DNA of 63,469 nt, filler included, from Squatina squatina (GCA_031763465.1; 4 parts of 4 records of this genome joined end to end with filler, not necessarily neighbours in it); one strand, 5' to 3'. Positions 1-12,920 are shown, counted from the first letter of the whole stretch. Translations and numbers: made by a program. Notes: generated by a model from the sequence alone, not told the origin.

Positions 1-356
1 TCAGGGGTGAGGGGGTGGAGGGAAATCCCCGCGGGCGGCCTGGGGTTGGGGGTGAGCTCCAAAGGAGGAGACTGAGCAACTGTCCCCCAGGGCCTCCTGC
101 CAAGAAAATCAGAAGGCGTGTAATCGAGACGGTTAATAACACCCCTTGGGCGGGTGGATTTCCATTTGAAACATTTCTCGACAGTGGGAGCGCTTGGGGT
201 TACGAGGCTCCAGCGTTGCCAGGGCACCAATACCCCATTTCAATAGGAATGGCCATATTTGAGTTGGTAAATTCCCGAGGAATATGCGCCCTGAAATATC
301 AAACTGTTCGAGAAGGCCGGGATCTGATGATCAGCTGTCAGGCTAGGCCCTTGGCG

Positions 357-583
357 AAGGTGACCAGATATCCTGGTTTGACAGGGACAGTCCCGGTTTT
401 TCACCAAACGTCCGGTGTCCCAACAATTGTTTGAAAATTGCACAAATGTCCTGGTTTTTTGACATCACTCGACTGCATACGCAGACTCAGCGCAGTGGCT
501 GATGGCAGTCCAAGATGGCAGTGCCCTCGGTGGAAGGTTAGTTTTGTCCCAGTTTTGAGTTCTAAAATATCTGGTCGCCCTAC
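357..583. mobile_element. Non-autonomous DNA transposon (hAT-like MITE)
   Basis: Termini AAGGTGACCAGATAT...ATATCTGGTCGCCCTA are inverted repeats; flanked by near-identical CCCTTGGCG (348-356) and CCCTTGACG (584-592); related copies at ~14250-14518 and 28635-28819. Confidence 0.7.
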
Positions 584-1477
584 CCCTTGACGGGTCTGAG
601 AACGGGAGGCACGAATCAAACTCTCACTTGCCCAACAGCGGCCTGTCTGACAACAGGTTTGCCGAGATGCCGTCACTCATACAGGGAGACCAGCTGTTGT
701 CCCCTTTAAACACAGCGAAGACAGGACTGAGGCAGGGAGTCACATTCAAAGATCAACACATTAAAGTTGCTTATTTGCGATCCCACGCAGAAGGCCTCAT
801 TGTGTTCCAGGTCCCAACTGCAGCCCAGACTGTGGCCTCAGGGAGGCTGTGTACCTGCCATTGCTTCCCACTCTCCCAAGGGGACTGGAACAAGTTATTT
901 TTTCTCAAATGAGCAAGACAGTGTTATTTCTCACTCAGACAGCAGCTCCGCTCAACAAAGTAATGACATTGCTTTCTCAAGAATTTAAAACATGCAGTGC
1001 CTCTAGAAATAACAGCTCTTTCCCACACCTGGGGATGATGTCAGAAGATTCTGTCAGTCCTGTTTATACCTGCCATTTTGAAGCTAACATCTACACTTGA
1101 GCAAAAATAGGATAATGGAATTACTTATCTTGCGATAAAACCTTGCCCTCTAGAGTGCTACCTAAGGTTCACATCCCTGACTGCAGTCTCATTCATGTTG
1201 ACGATGATTGCCATTGCTCAACTGCACGCTCACTGGAGATCCAGGCACTCTGGTGTAGCTACATAAATGATTGAAACAATCTCTCGTTGATGTCTGATTT
1301 GCTGTGGGCAAGAAAACTCTTGAGGTAAATTTGTTTCAAATAGTTACTCACACAAACGTCTTCACTGCCACCAGAGAGTGACTGTAAACGTGGGAGTGCC
1401 TCAGATCTGACACTGGTCTACGGTAAATTTAAGCAATTCAGTAATATTTGATTTCAACAGCAGACAACTCGAACATT

Positions 1478-1625
1478 AGATAGATTTTTAGATATTAAGG
1501 GAATCAAGGAATATGGGAATAGTGCAGGAAAATGGTATTGAGGTGGAAGATTAGCCATGATCTTGTTGAATGGTGGAGCAGGTTCCAGGGGCCGAATGGG
1601 CTACTCCTGCTCCTAGTTCTTATGT
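1478..1625 (+). mobile_element. CR1-type LINE 3' tail fragment
   Basis: AAGGGAATCAAGG...AGCCATGATC...GAATGG...GGCCGAATGG.CTACTCCTGCTCCTA.TTCTTATG, a tail repeated many times in the window. Confidence 0.75.
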
Positions 1626-2366
1626 GGTACTATATTGCTATGCCCATGATCAGTCCCCATCCCTTTATCTTTCCCTCCTCCCCAGGAATTACCTGAGGGC
1701 CTCCTGGTTGAGGCGTGTGCTGTCTGTGTACCAATACTTAAACACCCAAAAATGGGCCAAATCCAATTTTGGGCCTATAGACTTAGTAGAGCAGTATAGA
1801 AATGGCAGGATTAGGAGATAGACTTGTGAGGGTTGAAATCATGCATGTTGCTGACAGGGAGCCTTTGCCAGCTGCACGTATTTGATACTAAACATTAGTC
1901 TTGTGCCTTTTTACGGAACCACCTCAAAAGTTTCAGTGTCTCACTGTGTCTTGTTGACCAGACTAGACATGGTACTCAAGTTCTGCTAAGTCCAGAACAC
2001 TATACACTATGCATGCTTTTCCCTAAATTCAATAGTCTGCTGTTTTGATTGTATTGGACAGTGTTCTATTTGTTTGATTGTTGTTCTATAATTGGACATG
2101 TTGAGTACCAAGTCCACTAAAATCCCCAGATCTCGTTCAGCTTCTACTTTAGTTATTTTTGCTAACTCATTTTTTGCTGCTTACCAATAGATTGCCTATG
2201 GAGTTGCTCATAAATTCAGCTTCAATGTGGGAGTAAAACAGGTAGTTGTAGATCGGCCGCATACTATACACTCCGCCCATTTGAGCTCCAAACGAAGTGG
2301 AATTTCACTCTCTGAATCAGAGGTTACAATGTTTTGTAACAATAAAAGTGTTTAAACTATGCAGGA

Positions 2367-2835
2367 CAACAACAACAACAACTTGTATTTATATAGCGCC
2401 TTTAACGTATTCCTGCGCTTCACAGGAGCATTTTGAGATAAAAAATTTGACACTGAGCTGCATAAGAAGAAATAACGGCAGGTGACCAAAAGCTTGGTCA
2501 AAGAGGAGTGTCTTGAAGGAGAAAAGAGAGGTAAAGAGGCGGAGAGGTTTAGGCAGGGAATGCAAGAGCTTAGGGCCTAGGCAACAGAAGGCACGGCCAC
2601 CAATGGTTGAGTGATTATAATCAGGGACGCTAAGAGGGCAGAAATAGTGGACCGCAGATATCTCGGGGGGTTATGGGGTTGGAGGAGGTTACAGAGATAG
2701 GGAGGGGCGAGGCCATGGAAGGATTTGAAAACAAGGCCGAGAATTTTGAAATCGAAGTGTTGCTTAACCGGGAGCCAATGTAGGTCAGCGAGCACAGGGG
2801 TGATGAATGCACAGGACTTGGTGCGAATTAGGGTA
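2367..2835 (-). mobile_element. L2 LINE 3' fragment (ORF2 C-terminus and tail)
   Basis: Minus-strand translation ITPVLADLHWLPVKQHFDFKILGLVFKSFHGLAPPYLCNLL is typical L2 ORF2 C-terminus; ends in AAAGGCGCTATATAAATACAAG(TTG)n. Confidence 0.9.
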
Positions 2836-2911
2836 TGGAATTCATGGAATAGTTTCACTAGTTGCAGGGCTGAAAAATCCCTTGGAGTATCTCAGACACT
2901 CCCATGTTCAA

Positions 2912-3390
2912 GTGTCAGCCATGGCTCAGTGGGTAGCACTCCTACCTCCGGGTCAGAAGGCTGTGGGTTCAAGTCCCAGTCCAGGGACTTGAGTACAAAA
3001 ATACTAAGCTGACACTCCCGGTACTGAGGAGGTGCTGCACTGTTGGAGGTACCTCCTTTCAGATAAGATGATAAACTGAGGCCCCATCTGCCCCCTCAGG
3101 TGGACATAAAAGATCCCATGGCACCAATGTTCCCTTTAAGCTGCCATGCATGTGCAGTACTTTGGAGAAAAAAAAAAATAAGAGGCAACATTGCAGGGGG
3201 CTATTTTGAAGATGAGCAGGGGAGTTAATCCCAATGTTCTAGTCGATATTTATTCCTCAACCAACATCACTAAAACAGATTTTCTGGTCATTGTCTCATT
3301 GATGTTTGTGGGATCTTGCTGTGTGCAAATCAGCTGCCACAGTGACTACACCACACGTACTAGGTTAGCTGAATAGTGCTTTGCGACACC
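2912..3390 (+). mobile_element. tRNA-derived DeuSINE (SacSINE1-like) with nested mini-MITE
   Basis: A-box TGGCTCAGTGGG, B-box GGTTCAAGTCC, Deu-like core (GGAGGT.CC..CTTTCAGAT...AAAGATCCCATGGCAC); matches the 56051-56500 copy apart from the 3125-3193 insert. Confidence 0.85.
3125..3193. mobile_element. 69-bp mini-MITE inserted in the SINE
   Basis: Inverted termini CAATGTTCCCTTTA / TAAGAGGCAACATTG; absent from the other SINE copies. Confidence 0.6.
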
Positions 3391-3546
3391 CTAAACTTCA
3401 AAGACTTCTATCCATCCAATGTATCCACTTTGGACAGAAATGAGTGATTTTATAAAGTTAAAGTTAATTAAAAATGAGACCCTAAAATACACCGACTGGA
3501 ATTTCAAGCATTCTTTAGCATTTTAGACATTACGTGTAAAACCTAC

Positions 3547-3650
3547 TGTTTTTTTGACGTTGATATTCTGGCGATATTGTTGGACCAACACAATAGTTGT
3601 CAGTGGTGCTGTTACCTTCTGTGTGAAGGGACTTCCCCAAAACTGTGCAA
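3547..3650 (-). CDS. TNF receptor superfamily exon (end of cysteine-rich domain plus stalk)
   Basis: ttttttatag| ... |gtaggt; 104 bp, phase 2 to 1; (N)CTVLGKSLHTEGNSTTDNYCVGPTISPEYQRQKN; joins in frame to the 5505-5598 exon to complete the TNFR motif CxPHTNCxxxGxxxxxxGNxTxDxxC. Confidence 0.85.
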
Positions 3651-4259
3651 CTATAAAAAATAGTCATCAGTTAGTGTATTCTTCCCGGCTACTGTCAGTT
3701 CAGTGAGTCTTTCGTTAAACAAGGCGCTTCCATCAATTAATTTGTGGTCAACCCATCTGAAGGCACTATTTATATATCTTCATTACAAACAGATAATGGA
3801 GACCTAGGGATAATTCACGGTAAAATTTATGTCCCAAGTAGTACCAAGACAGGTGTATTTTAAACAACAATGTGAGGGGTATTGAAGGTAGAGCTATGTG
3901 CATGCACCTTGTGTGCATGTGTGGAGTTCTCTGCACTGGCCTCTAATTAGCAGTGAAATTTCCATAGAGTAGTGGCCTAGAAATTCGGGAGTGCCCATTT
4001 CTAGGCACTGAGGATGGGTGGAAACGCAAGGTAAATATGCTTCACAAAAAATGGTGAGATCCGAGGCATGCCTAATAATTGGCCTTGGGCCTCATTGTAA
4101 CAGAGCCAGTGCGGCACTACAGCCCTACCAGCGAAGACTGGAGAGAACTTCAGAGAGGGGGGAAAAGAGTGTAATTTATTTGCAACTTAAGAGGAACAAG
4201 AGAGGAAAGCTCAGAGAAGTGTTGACTGAAGAAAGTAAAGATCATTGAATAAATCATTG

Positions 4260-4405
4260 GAACTGGCAAAATACTTGAAGGAGAAAAGAATTGCAGGGAT
4301 AAGGGGAAAGAGCGGGGGGCGGGGGGATGGGACTGACTGAATTGCTCTTCGAAAGACCCGGCACTGATTCAATGGGCCGAATGGCCTCCTTCTGTGCTGC
4401 ACTAT
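4260..4405 (+). mobile_element. CR1-type LINE 3' tail fragment
   Basis: Near-identical to the reverse complement of 35690-35830 (GGGCCGAATGGCCTCCTTCTGTGCTG). Confidence 0.75.
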
Positions 4406-4505
4406 TCAATGATTCTCTGATCATGTATTGCACGGGCTTCAGTCTGGTTTTACAAAGGAGACAAATTCTGCGCATCATTCCTAGAATATAAAATATTCTA
4501 TATAT

Positions 4506-4600
4506 CGATTAGATCAGGAGTTGACCATTTGAAGAATGTTGGGGTCAGACCAATTAGATCAGGAATTGACCATTTGAAGAACGGTGGGGTCAGACCAATT
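4506..4600. repeat. 45-bp tandem duplication (2 copies)
   Basis: C(G/A)ATTAGATCAGGA(G/A)TTGACCATTTGAAGAA..TGGGGTCAGAC at 4506-4550 and 4551-4595. Confidence 0.9.
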
Positions 4601-4644
4601 TCCAAGGCAGTGCATTAGTGCCTCAAGGCGACATACCATAATGA

Positions 4645-4868
4645 TCAACAACAACAACTGGTATTTATATAGTCCCTATAACATAGTAAAACGTCCCGAG
4701 GCACTTCACAGGAGGTATTATAAGACAAAAATTTGTCACCGAGCCACATAAGAAGAAATTACGGCAGATGACTAAAGGCTTGGTCAAAGAGGTAGGTTTT
4801 AAGGAGCATCTTAAAGGAGAAGAGAGAGGTAGCGAGGCGGAGAGGTTTAGGGAGAGAGTTCCAGAGAT
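4645..4868 (-). mobile_element. L2 LINE 3' tail fragment
   Basis: Same (CAA)n-led tail and body as 2367-2570. Confidence 0.85.
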
Positions 4869-5504
4869 CGGTCTGTCACAGATTTTGTGTCTTTTGTAAA
4901 AACTGACTAATGCCAGTGCAATAGGCAGATCATTAACTGCAATCCAGCAGGAAGGAGCCGTACATATTTAGTCATCGATCATCACTCCCACTGGGTTACG
5001 TTTCCACGGGCACTCATAGCCCTCATCCAACTGGGCATGTTTCCTGTATAAATCTGGGCAGTGTGGGCAGTCTACTCAACCACAGAAAGCCCAACTCTGT
5101 CCTCACCCAATATTCCACACAAACTCACTTTTCCATCTGTGGCAATCAGGAGCAGAAGCCTTGTCTGATTTTAAACCTCTGCCTTCTGGTCTCCATGGCC
5201 TAGTGCTAGACCTTTTGCAGTACCTTTTTAACCACTAAGGTGTCATGGTCATGAGCACAAAATAGTATGTTAAATAAAAATATTCTATAAAAAAAATAAT
5301 TACAGGAATTCAATCAGGTGACATGATTTTCAATTTTTAATAGGCCCCATCCACAAAATACAACTTCAACGGGTAAGAGGCACCGAGAATCACTGTGAAT
5401 CACAGCTAGTCTAGTTTAATGAAATACTGCCTAGAAAACTCTTGCACTGAAAATATTCTCCACAAACTGTAAATATTAAAAATGATTCGAAGAGAACAAC
5501 TTAC

Positions 5505-5598
5505 TTGGTGTGAGGTTGACATTGCAGTGTTTGTGTGATATTCAGAAAGATTCCTGGAGGACAAGTTTGCAAAACTTGGTTGCTGTAATCTTCTTTAT
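5505..5598 (-). CDS. TNF receptor superfamily exon (cysteine-rich domain)
   Basis: tctttttttaag| ... |gtaagt; 94 bp, phase 1 to 2; (D)KEDYSNQVLQTCPPGIFLNITQTLQCQPHT(N); CPPGxF...CQPHTNC is a TNFR CRD signature. Confidence 0.85.
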
Positions 5599-6884
5599 CT
5601 TAAAAAAAGACAGCACTGAATGATAAACAAGAACTTTCATAATTTTAACAAAGCACCTGCCCGCCTACACCCTCCACTCCCATGCCAATATGTGGCACTC
5701 ACAGGGCAGTAGCACACGAGCCATTTGCAGAGTATAGCTCGCTCACCTTAAATCCACAGGATGCACTGATAGTGAAGGAGAAAGCCAGGAACATAAAGGC
5801 AAGTGCTAGTTTGTGGGAAGACAGATCAAAAGGCAAAAATAAACGAGAGTGAGAAAATAAAACAGAGAAGGAGAACTAACGATCTTTCATTCTAATGTGA
5901 GAGAACAGTAAATCTGTATGCAGAATTGAAAACGTTTAGAAGGAGAAAATGCCTTCTGCATTGGTCACTTTCTACAAAGTTATGAATACAGTAACCATGA
6001 AAATCATTTTTTTCCGAATGCCTTAATGTGTTTCTAAACTAATACCTTGCAAAACGTCTGCTCATATATTTTTCAATTGGGCTTGAGTCCATTTGGAATA
6101 GGACAGTGCACAATCTAAGCCTTCCCAACGTATTTGGTGCTGATCCCAGCCTAGTTTCCGGGATCAGCTTTATTAAAATATTATGGTTGAGTTCCAGGCT
6201 ACAGAAACACATCTGAAGAGAGTGCGGACTTTGGCAAAGACACACGCAGGCCCCCAAGTAGAGATTATCAGGGAAATGGAAACGGGTTCCCTCATCTGTT
6301 ATTGCCAACTCCACTTTTCCACACATAAGCTGGAATTTTGCCGGCGCTCAGAGAGCAGGTTTGGAGACGGGCCCACTGGCAAAATGGCCCGGATTGACAG
6401 CGGGAGATTGCCGCTCCAATCCCGCCACCTTATCAGTTTCCCAGCTGTCGGGTTCTGCACTCTCTACCAAATCCAACAGCAAGCAGCGGGACAAATCGTT
6501 GAGGCACTTAACAGATCTTTGAGGCTTATTAAAGGTTATTAAAAGTAGAGAAGTCCTATTTTGCCAAGCTCCTATGGGATTACCCGCCGATCCTGGAACC
6601 CGTCAGATAAGTGGAGTCGTATTCAGTCAGTCTCCATTCTTTTGACTAGTTGACAGCTGCTGAAGTGGTACAAAAGCTACCATTTCACATCTCTTCACTT
6701 TGTGACATTGCAAAGTGAAGTCTTCAGGGTTTGGAACCTGCCTTTTAGCTGCATGCATTTTTGAAGAGTTTGCAGTGAACTCTTAGCTGTCAACTCCTTG
6801 GAGCAACCTCTCTCACCATTGACAGATCGCTTCTGTCATCTCAACCTCACCTGCCATCTATTGCAGCAGCATCGATGCCCTTGA

Positions 6885-6959
6885 AACATAGAAACATAGA
6901 AACATAGAAAATAGGTGCAGGAGAAGGCCATTCGGCCCTTCGAGCCTGCACCGCCATTC
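6885..6959 (-). mobile_element. CR1-type LINE 3' end with (GAAACATA)n tail
   Basis: GAAACATA x3 then AATAGGTGCAGGAG.AGGCCATTCGGCCCTTCGAGCC; related copies at 30640-30746 (+) and 33780-33862 (-). Confidence 0.8.
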
Positions 6960-9900
6960 NNNNNNNNNNNNNNNNNNNNNNNNNNNNNNNNNNNNNNNNN
7001 NNNNNNNNNNNNNNNNNNNNNNNNNNNNNNNNNNNNNNNNNNNNNNNNNNNNNNNNNNNTAATTTATTTTGGCAGGCAAGACCTCAGTTTGAAAGATAAT
7101 CATTTTTTTTTTCATAGCAGAGATTCCTTAATTCCAAAATGAATACAATTATTAATGTCTGCATGACTGTGTTAGGACCCCACCTTAACCCAGAGTCTTA
7201 AAACTGATAAGTTGAGTTCCTGACTGCCAAAGCAGGAGTAAATAACATGTAGTATCGAAGCAACACAAGCAGCATTTTTAATTAAGCATGACTTTTTGAT
7301 AACTGGTAGAAAAATGGTAGTTTGAAAGAGGTGTACTTTTCATTAAATTACTAGTTCTTTAAACAAAGTTTACGTTAAATTTGTACAAAAATAAACACAA
7401 AATTCAAACCCACCAGGATGTATAATCTTTGAACAAATCCATATACTCCAGAATTTGGAAAGTTTCAACTTATTTTTTTCTGTTTCAGCGCTAGACATTG
7501 GAATGTGATGCTAACAAACTCCTAAAGGGATAATTGCAGAGAATTATAGGAGTGTAGAAGTGTATTACCAAAGCCATTTGACAAGACTGAGACTAGTGAC
7601 AAGAGAACATTTTCAAGGCTTACATTACCACAAGGAAAAGTAACATTGAGACTTAATTTCTCTGCAATTATCCCTTGAGGAGTTTTCTTTTTATCCTTTT
7701 TAATATTTTTTTAAATATCTGAGAGACATTTTTTTCCCCTTGTAGTTTATANNNNNNNNNNNNNNNNNNNNNNNNNNNNNNNNNNNNNNNNNNNNNNNNN
7801 NNNNNNNNNNNNNNNNNNNNNNNNNNNNNNNNNNNNNNNNNNNNNNNNNNNTTGGTGAGGGATTTCCAGAGCTTAGGGCCAAGATGCTGAGGTGAGCAAA
7901 GTGGGAATTCATTTGAGGCTCGAGTTGGAAGAACACAGAATTCTCAGAGGGTTGTAGGGCTGGAGGAGGTTACAGAGATAGAGAGGGGTAAGGCCATAGT
8001 GGAATTTGAACACAAGTGTGAGACTTTTAAAATCGAGGTGATAGTGGATTGAAGAACTTTAAATTTGGAGAAACTTTGCAGAAACTTTATAAATGTTACA
8101 AACATTACAGCAAAATCAATTAAACAAATTAGCTATGTTATTGATGTGGTGCAGCCCCCCAAGATGCATTACAGCACCACAATTGAAGCAGACTGGAGAT
8201 ATACTGTAACACACCCACAGCATAATAGGATTTACTCCTCCTACTGTAATGAGCTCATGAGTCATATCATCTATCAAACGCCCCAGTTATATTCCCAATA
8301 TTGCATCCATACAAAGGGGAACCGTTGCATTTTAATACAAGAGTGGGAGGATAATTACAGCGAAAGTGATACTTTTGCAGATGTTGCGTTTTCCCTGTGA
8401 CTCTGCACCAGTGACAGATTACAACATCCTGATGTTAGACTAAAGTGTGATGGGGTCAGCTAACAGCAAGAAAGGTTTTTTTTAATGAGAAACAGAACCT
8501 GCCACTTTTCAGAGCAACAACACCTGTGAATATTACTTTTTTTAAACCTTGATGAAAGGGAGTTATCTCAATGTAGAGAATGTTGTCTCAAGACTTCCTT
8601 TCATGACAAGAAATAGAGCCAAGCAGTTTAATCACTGGTGAGGGAGTCCAGAGACTAAGCTTTCCAAAGAGATAGAACTCCCTCTTATCAGCATAGTTTA
8701 TACAGGAGTGTTATCCCTCAGCATAATATTTTCATAAATCATTTTCATAAATGAGCACTAACATTAGCAGCAGTCCCATTCTGTGTGTCATCACACTGCA
8801 TATGGCTTCTGGCTCCCACTGGTACAGCTAGTACGGTAACATGGGGTAGATTTCAACTTGACTGGAAATGAAAATTGGGGCATTTTCTATTATGACCCCA
8901 GTTTTACACCCCGAACAACAAGTTTAACATCTATTCCAAAAGGTCCTAATATTTGCCCTGGCCACCACTTTTACTGCAGAGCTTAGATCCAAGTTGATCA
9001 GTGTTGGTGATCCGCATGCAGTTCAGAATGGGATGGGCATCTTTACTCCAATAGCTAGCCTAGTTACTGTGCTGATTTACTGTGTCATCATGACATCAGT
9101 TCAACCACTTCAATTCTAAAGACTACAGAGGAAATTGCCGTCAACTTGAGTTCTTTATATTTTTAAGTTGTATTTTCAAATGTGGCTTTTAAAGTAAGAA
9201 GTGTGCAGGCCTTAAACCAGGCCGGGCGGCCTGAAGCTGGTGTCAGTGAAGTATGCCCGCAAATAGAAAATGGTCCAGGACACTGCAGTGATTGTATATT
9301 ATGAAGGAGCTCTGTCTCCATGAAAGAGCTTTTGGTAAACAATTTTTTTTTGGTGGGAAGAAGTGGAACCCGAGGATCTGTGGAATGTTTTTCTTATGAC
9401 AATGTGCAAAAGTGGCAGGATGTATTTTCACGCCTAATGCTGTCAATTTTTGTGGCCATGTGATCTTGGTAAAGTATGCACTTAAAAAAAAGGTTAAAAT
9501 AGTGGACAGAGGAATTTCACATCAAAGTGTTAACACTTTGATTATTATTCTTGAATAGCGTGATTGGACGTTTGTAAATGAAAACATGATTGTACAACCA
9601 CTTGTGTGAAAGTACTGACCCTTAAGAAGTTCAATTGTTCAGTTATGTGCCATTTTGGATGTTTCCACCTTATTTATAAAGAATTGCTGAGGTCCAGAAT
9701 TATGTCTGAACCCTGTAATATATTTTAAAACTGTTATTGGGAGCCCAAGTTTGTATTTCAACTTTCAAATAAACATCTGTTTAATGATCGTCGGTAGGTA
9801 TCCTCAAAGCAGTGCTTCAGATGCTTAGACAGATTAGGGGGTGTCTTACAATGTAGCCCCACCAAGGTCTCTAAGGCCATCATTGTGTGCTGTATGAAAA

Positions 9901-10074
9901 GACAAGGGCATGGCATAGGAGGAGGGGGAGATGACTATCTACAGCAAATAGCTGAGCATGAGGCAGGTGAGGAACCAGACGATACTCCTGCTGAACGACT
10001 TTTCAGGTGAAAGAATTTAAACCCCTCATCGGGTTTGCCAATGGATTCAAACTTTGAACGGTAAAACACTAAGG

Positions 10075-10234
10075 TGTCTCACTGTGCTTCGTCGTCCGCA
10101 GGCCAGATACAAGACTCCTGAAACAAGCTCTTTACTCCGAACTCCACCATGGGAAACGCCTCCGAGGAGGGCAGAGGAAACGCTACAAGGACGTCCTCAA
10201 GGCCTTATTGAAGAAATGCAACATCCCCACTGAC
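10075..10234 (+). mobile_element. RTE LINE fragment (ORF C-terminus)
   Basis: Reads DTRLLKQALYSELHHGKRLRGGQRKRYKDVLKA, matching 45290-45420 of the long RTE copy. Confidence 0.85.
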
Positions 10235-11074
10235 NNNNNNNNNNNNNNNNNNNNNNNNNNNNNNNNNNNNNNNNNNNNNNNNNNNNNNNNNNNNNNNNNN
10301 NNNNNNNNNNNNNNNNNNNNNNNNNNNNNNNNNNGTATGAAAGCACATAAACCTTTTTTAAACAGGACGCCACCGGATACAAGAAATCAATTGTGGTTTC
10401 AGTTCGTAACCACTGTTACCTGTGAAAAAGCCAAAGGCAAACATAATTTAAAAGAATAGCCTTATCTGATGGTGTTGGAATTCCTAACCCCAGGTGTCAC
10501 TTCCCTCCCACCTTTCCCCTCCCCCACTCCTTTCATTGGAAGATTGCTTTGACAAGGGCCCTGTCAGAGGCAATGGTTACCTGATAACCAGCAGTTCAAG
10601 CTATTGGTTGTTGTAAACACCTCGGAAACAGCAACTTGTACAGAGTTAATGGGCTCTGCTAAGATCTTGGGAGGTTAAAAGCACATGGATGATGAAGTTC
10701 TGTGCTTCACAGGCTATCCTGTGCTTGCCGAAGGTAACTTACTCTGATTGCAGAGTTGGATTCTATGCTTTCTTGGGACTTGAATGTGTTTCAGTTTGTG
10801 CCCATTGCCTCTTGTCTGGTTACTGGTCACTACTGAGAAGAGCCTGGCTTCTTCATCTTTAGGTATTTATATACATTGATTGGATTTTAGGAAAAATTTC
10901 TTCACGGAAAGAGTTGTCAAACATTGGAACAGGCTGTCCAGGGGAAGTGGTTGAGTAGTATNNNNNNNNNNNNNNNNNNNNNNNNNNNNNNNNNNNNNNN
11001 NNNNNNNNNNNNNNNNNNNNNNNNNNNNNNNNNNNNNNNNNNNNNNNNNNNNNNNNNNNNNCATCACTTCTATA

Positions 11075-11175
11075 ATAAAAACAGAAAATGCTGGAAATAT
11101 TCAGCAGGTCAGGCAGCATCTGTGGAGAGAGAAACAGAGTCACCCTTTCAGGTCAATGACCCTTCATCAGAACTT
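11075..11175 (-). mobile_element. Penelope-like element terminus with degenerate hammerhead core
   Basis: Same family as 59290-59509 and 62070-62257; minus strand CTGATGA-AGGGTCATTGACCT-GAAA. Confidence 0.7.
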
Positions 11176-12292
11176 CTATCTCCCTTTTCCATCTCTTCTC
11201 TTTTGACTTAAAACCTACCTCTTTTGACCAAGCATTCGTCACCTGTCCTAATGTCTCCTTCTTTGGCTCGGTGTCAACTTTTGTCTGATTATGCCTCTGT
11301 GAAGCACCTTAGGACATTTTACTATGTTAAAGTCACTATATAAATGCAAAGTTGTTGTTGTTCAAGACCTTATTGCAACATAAAAGTTAATGCCAGGTAC
11401 AATTGATGCCACCTAACCTTTCCATAAAGATTTATCCATCTAGCTAAGTTGTTATCAGTTTTGAATACAAACACAGACACATGCCTCCTTTTGCTCTCCT
11501 TGGGGACATTCAGATTTGCGTGAGGCACACTAACTACAGCCATAACCACTAACCCTGCCAGTGTACATTTTAAGTAATTCTAACCTTGACTTATTAAAAA
11601 GAATGTAACATGTTGGAACTTCCAGACTATATACCGTAGAACATTACTTACAGGCGTTTTGTCTTATTGAATTCTCAAACAGGTAAGACACCAACATGGT
11701 GGAGTAGATCTTCTAGGTCCCCACTTGTGGCAAGATACATGGCAAGCGCTGTTCAGAAAATCTACCATATATGTGCACATCCAGACATGCACAGTCACAC
11801 ACCCAGGCAAGGACACTGTAGTGAGTCTTCAACAGCTTTCACAAAAGAAATCTTATTATTACAAATTAATCATGACCAATTTATCAACTTGAGATATTTC
11901 TGGTAAACATACAAGATATATTTTTGGACTGTCAGGCATAAAGACACTTGAAGCAGGTTTGCCACATAATTTATTGCCAAGGCACCAACCTCCTATTTTT
12001 AATCTACTGAGTCTTAACCTTCTGTCTCATTGACAGTGGTAAGTTAAGCCTCTCAGCCATTGAAGATCAGTAATAATCACAGTTAAGTACCCAAATAAGT
12101 TGCAAATGTTACTCATCTTGACATATAAATAACTCGATAAATAACCACCCAGTTACAAGAATGGTTAAGCTGATTTGAAAATGCTTAAAAATNNNNNNNN
12201 NNNNNNNNNNNNNNNNNNNNNNNNNNNNNNNNNNNNNNNNNNNNNNNNNNNNNNNNNNNNNNNNNNNNNNNNNNNNNNNNNNNNNNNNNNNN

Positions 12293-12920
12293 CTGGACAG
12301 CACCTTACTGCACACCAGTAGGGCAATGAACTCCCAAATCTATGTTGGTATCCCTCCTCGAGATGAGGTCAATGAGAATCTGCATTTGATGTTCACAGCA
12401 AGCCTGTTTTCATTCGACTGGCGCATTTGCTGCTCCATGCAGGTGGCCATCCTTTCCATGGAACAGCACATCGTCGCCATCGCCTGCGATATGGTGCTGC
12501 TCATGTTGGAGATGGACTCCTCCATTTCCTATACAAGTACGCACATCGCGGATGGAAAAGCTGCCAGAGCCTTGTGCATTTGTTGCTGCTCCTCCAAGGT
12601 CAACCTTTTGTCAATGGCCCCCAAGGTTCAGCATCTGCATCCAGCTGAGCAGAGCTTTGAGCAGCCTGTGCCCTCCGGCAATCACTCTCCACTGCTGTCC
12701 CTGTCTCCACCTTACTGCTCTTGCTCACTTGTGATCTATGAGACACTAGGTGACAACACTACTCTATGTCTCGCTGGTCCCAACAAGGTGCACATATCTG
12801 CGCTGGTGCTGGGTGTGCATGGGTCTGGTGACGGTGCACCCTCAGAGAATGGAGCTTTCTCTGAGGAGTTGTCTTCCTTCTCCGGCTGGACAGTGCGGGT
12901 GGGGGGCGGAGGGTGCGCAT
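12293..12920 (-). mobile_element. Decayed PIF/Harbinger ORF2 (Myb/SANT-partner) fragment
   Basis: GC-rich; minus frames give SEGAPSPDPCTPSTSAD... and MEESISNMSSTISQAMATMCCSMERMATCMEQQM with stops, resembling Harbinger second-ORF remnants from recall; the 198-aa plus ORF is its antisense. Confidence 0.5.

Noticed and set aside
1190-1416. Two possible small minus-strand exons downstream of the TNFR exons
   Set aside because: Splice sites are plausible but peptides are unrecognisable and no TM exon links them.
2912-2985. tRNA-like A/B boxes
   Set aside because: SINE head rather than a tRNA gene; same for 56051 and 32120.
5747-5805. Minus-strand signal-peptide-like exon (MFLAFSFTISASCGFK, GTGAGC donor) near the TNFR exon
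   Set aside because: Ends in phase 0 whereas the next exon needs phase 1; cannot be joined without transcript evidence.
10358-10419. Strong minus-strand acceptor followed by GNSGYELKPQLISCIRWRPV*
   Set aside because: Short and unrecognised; insufficient support.
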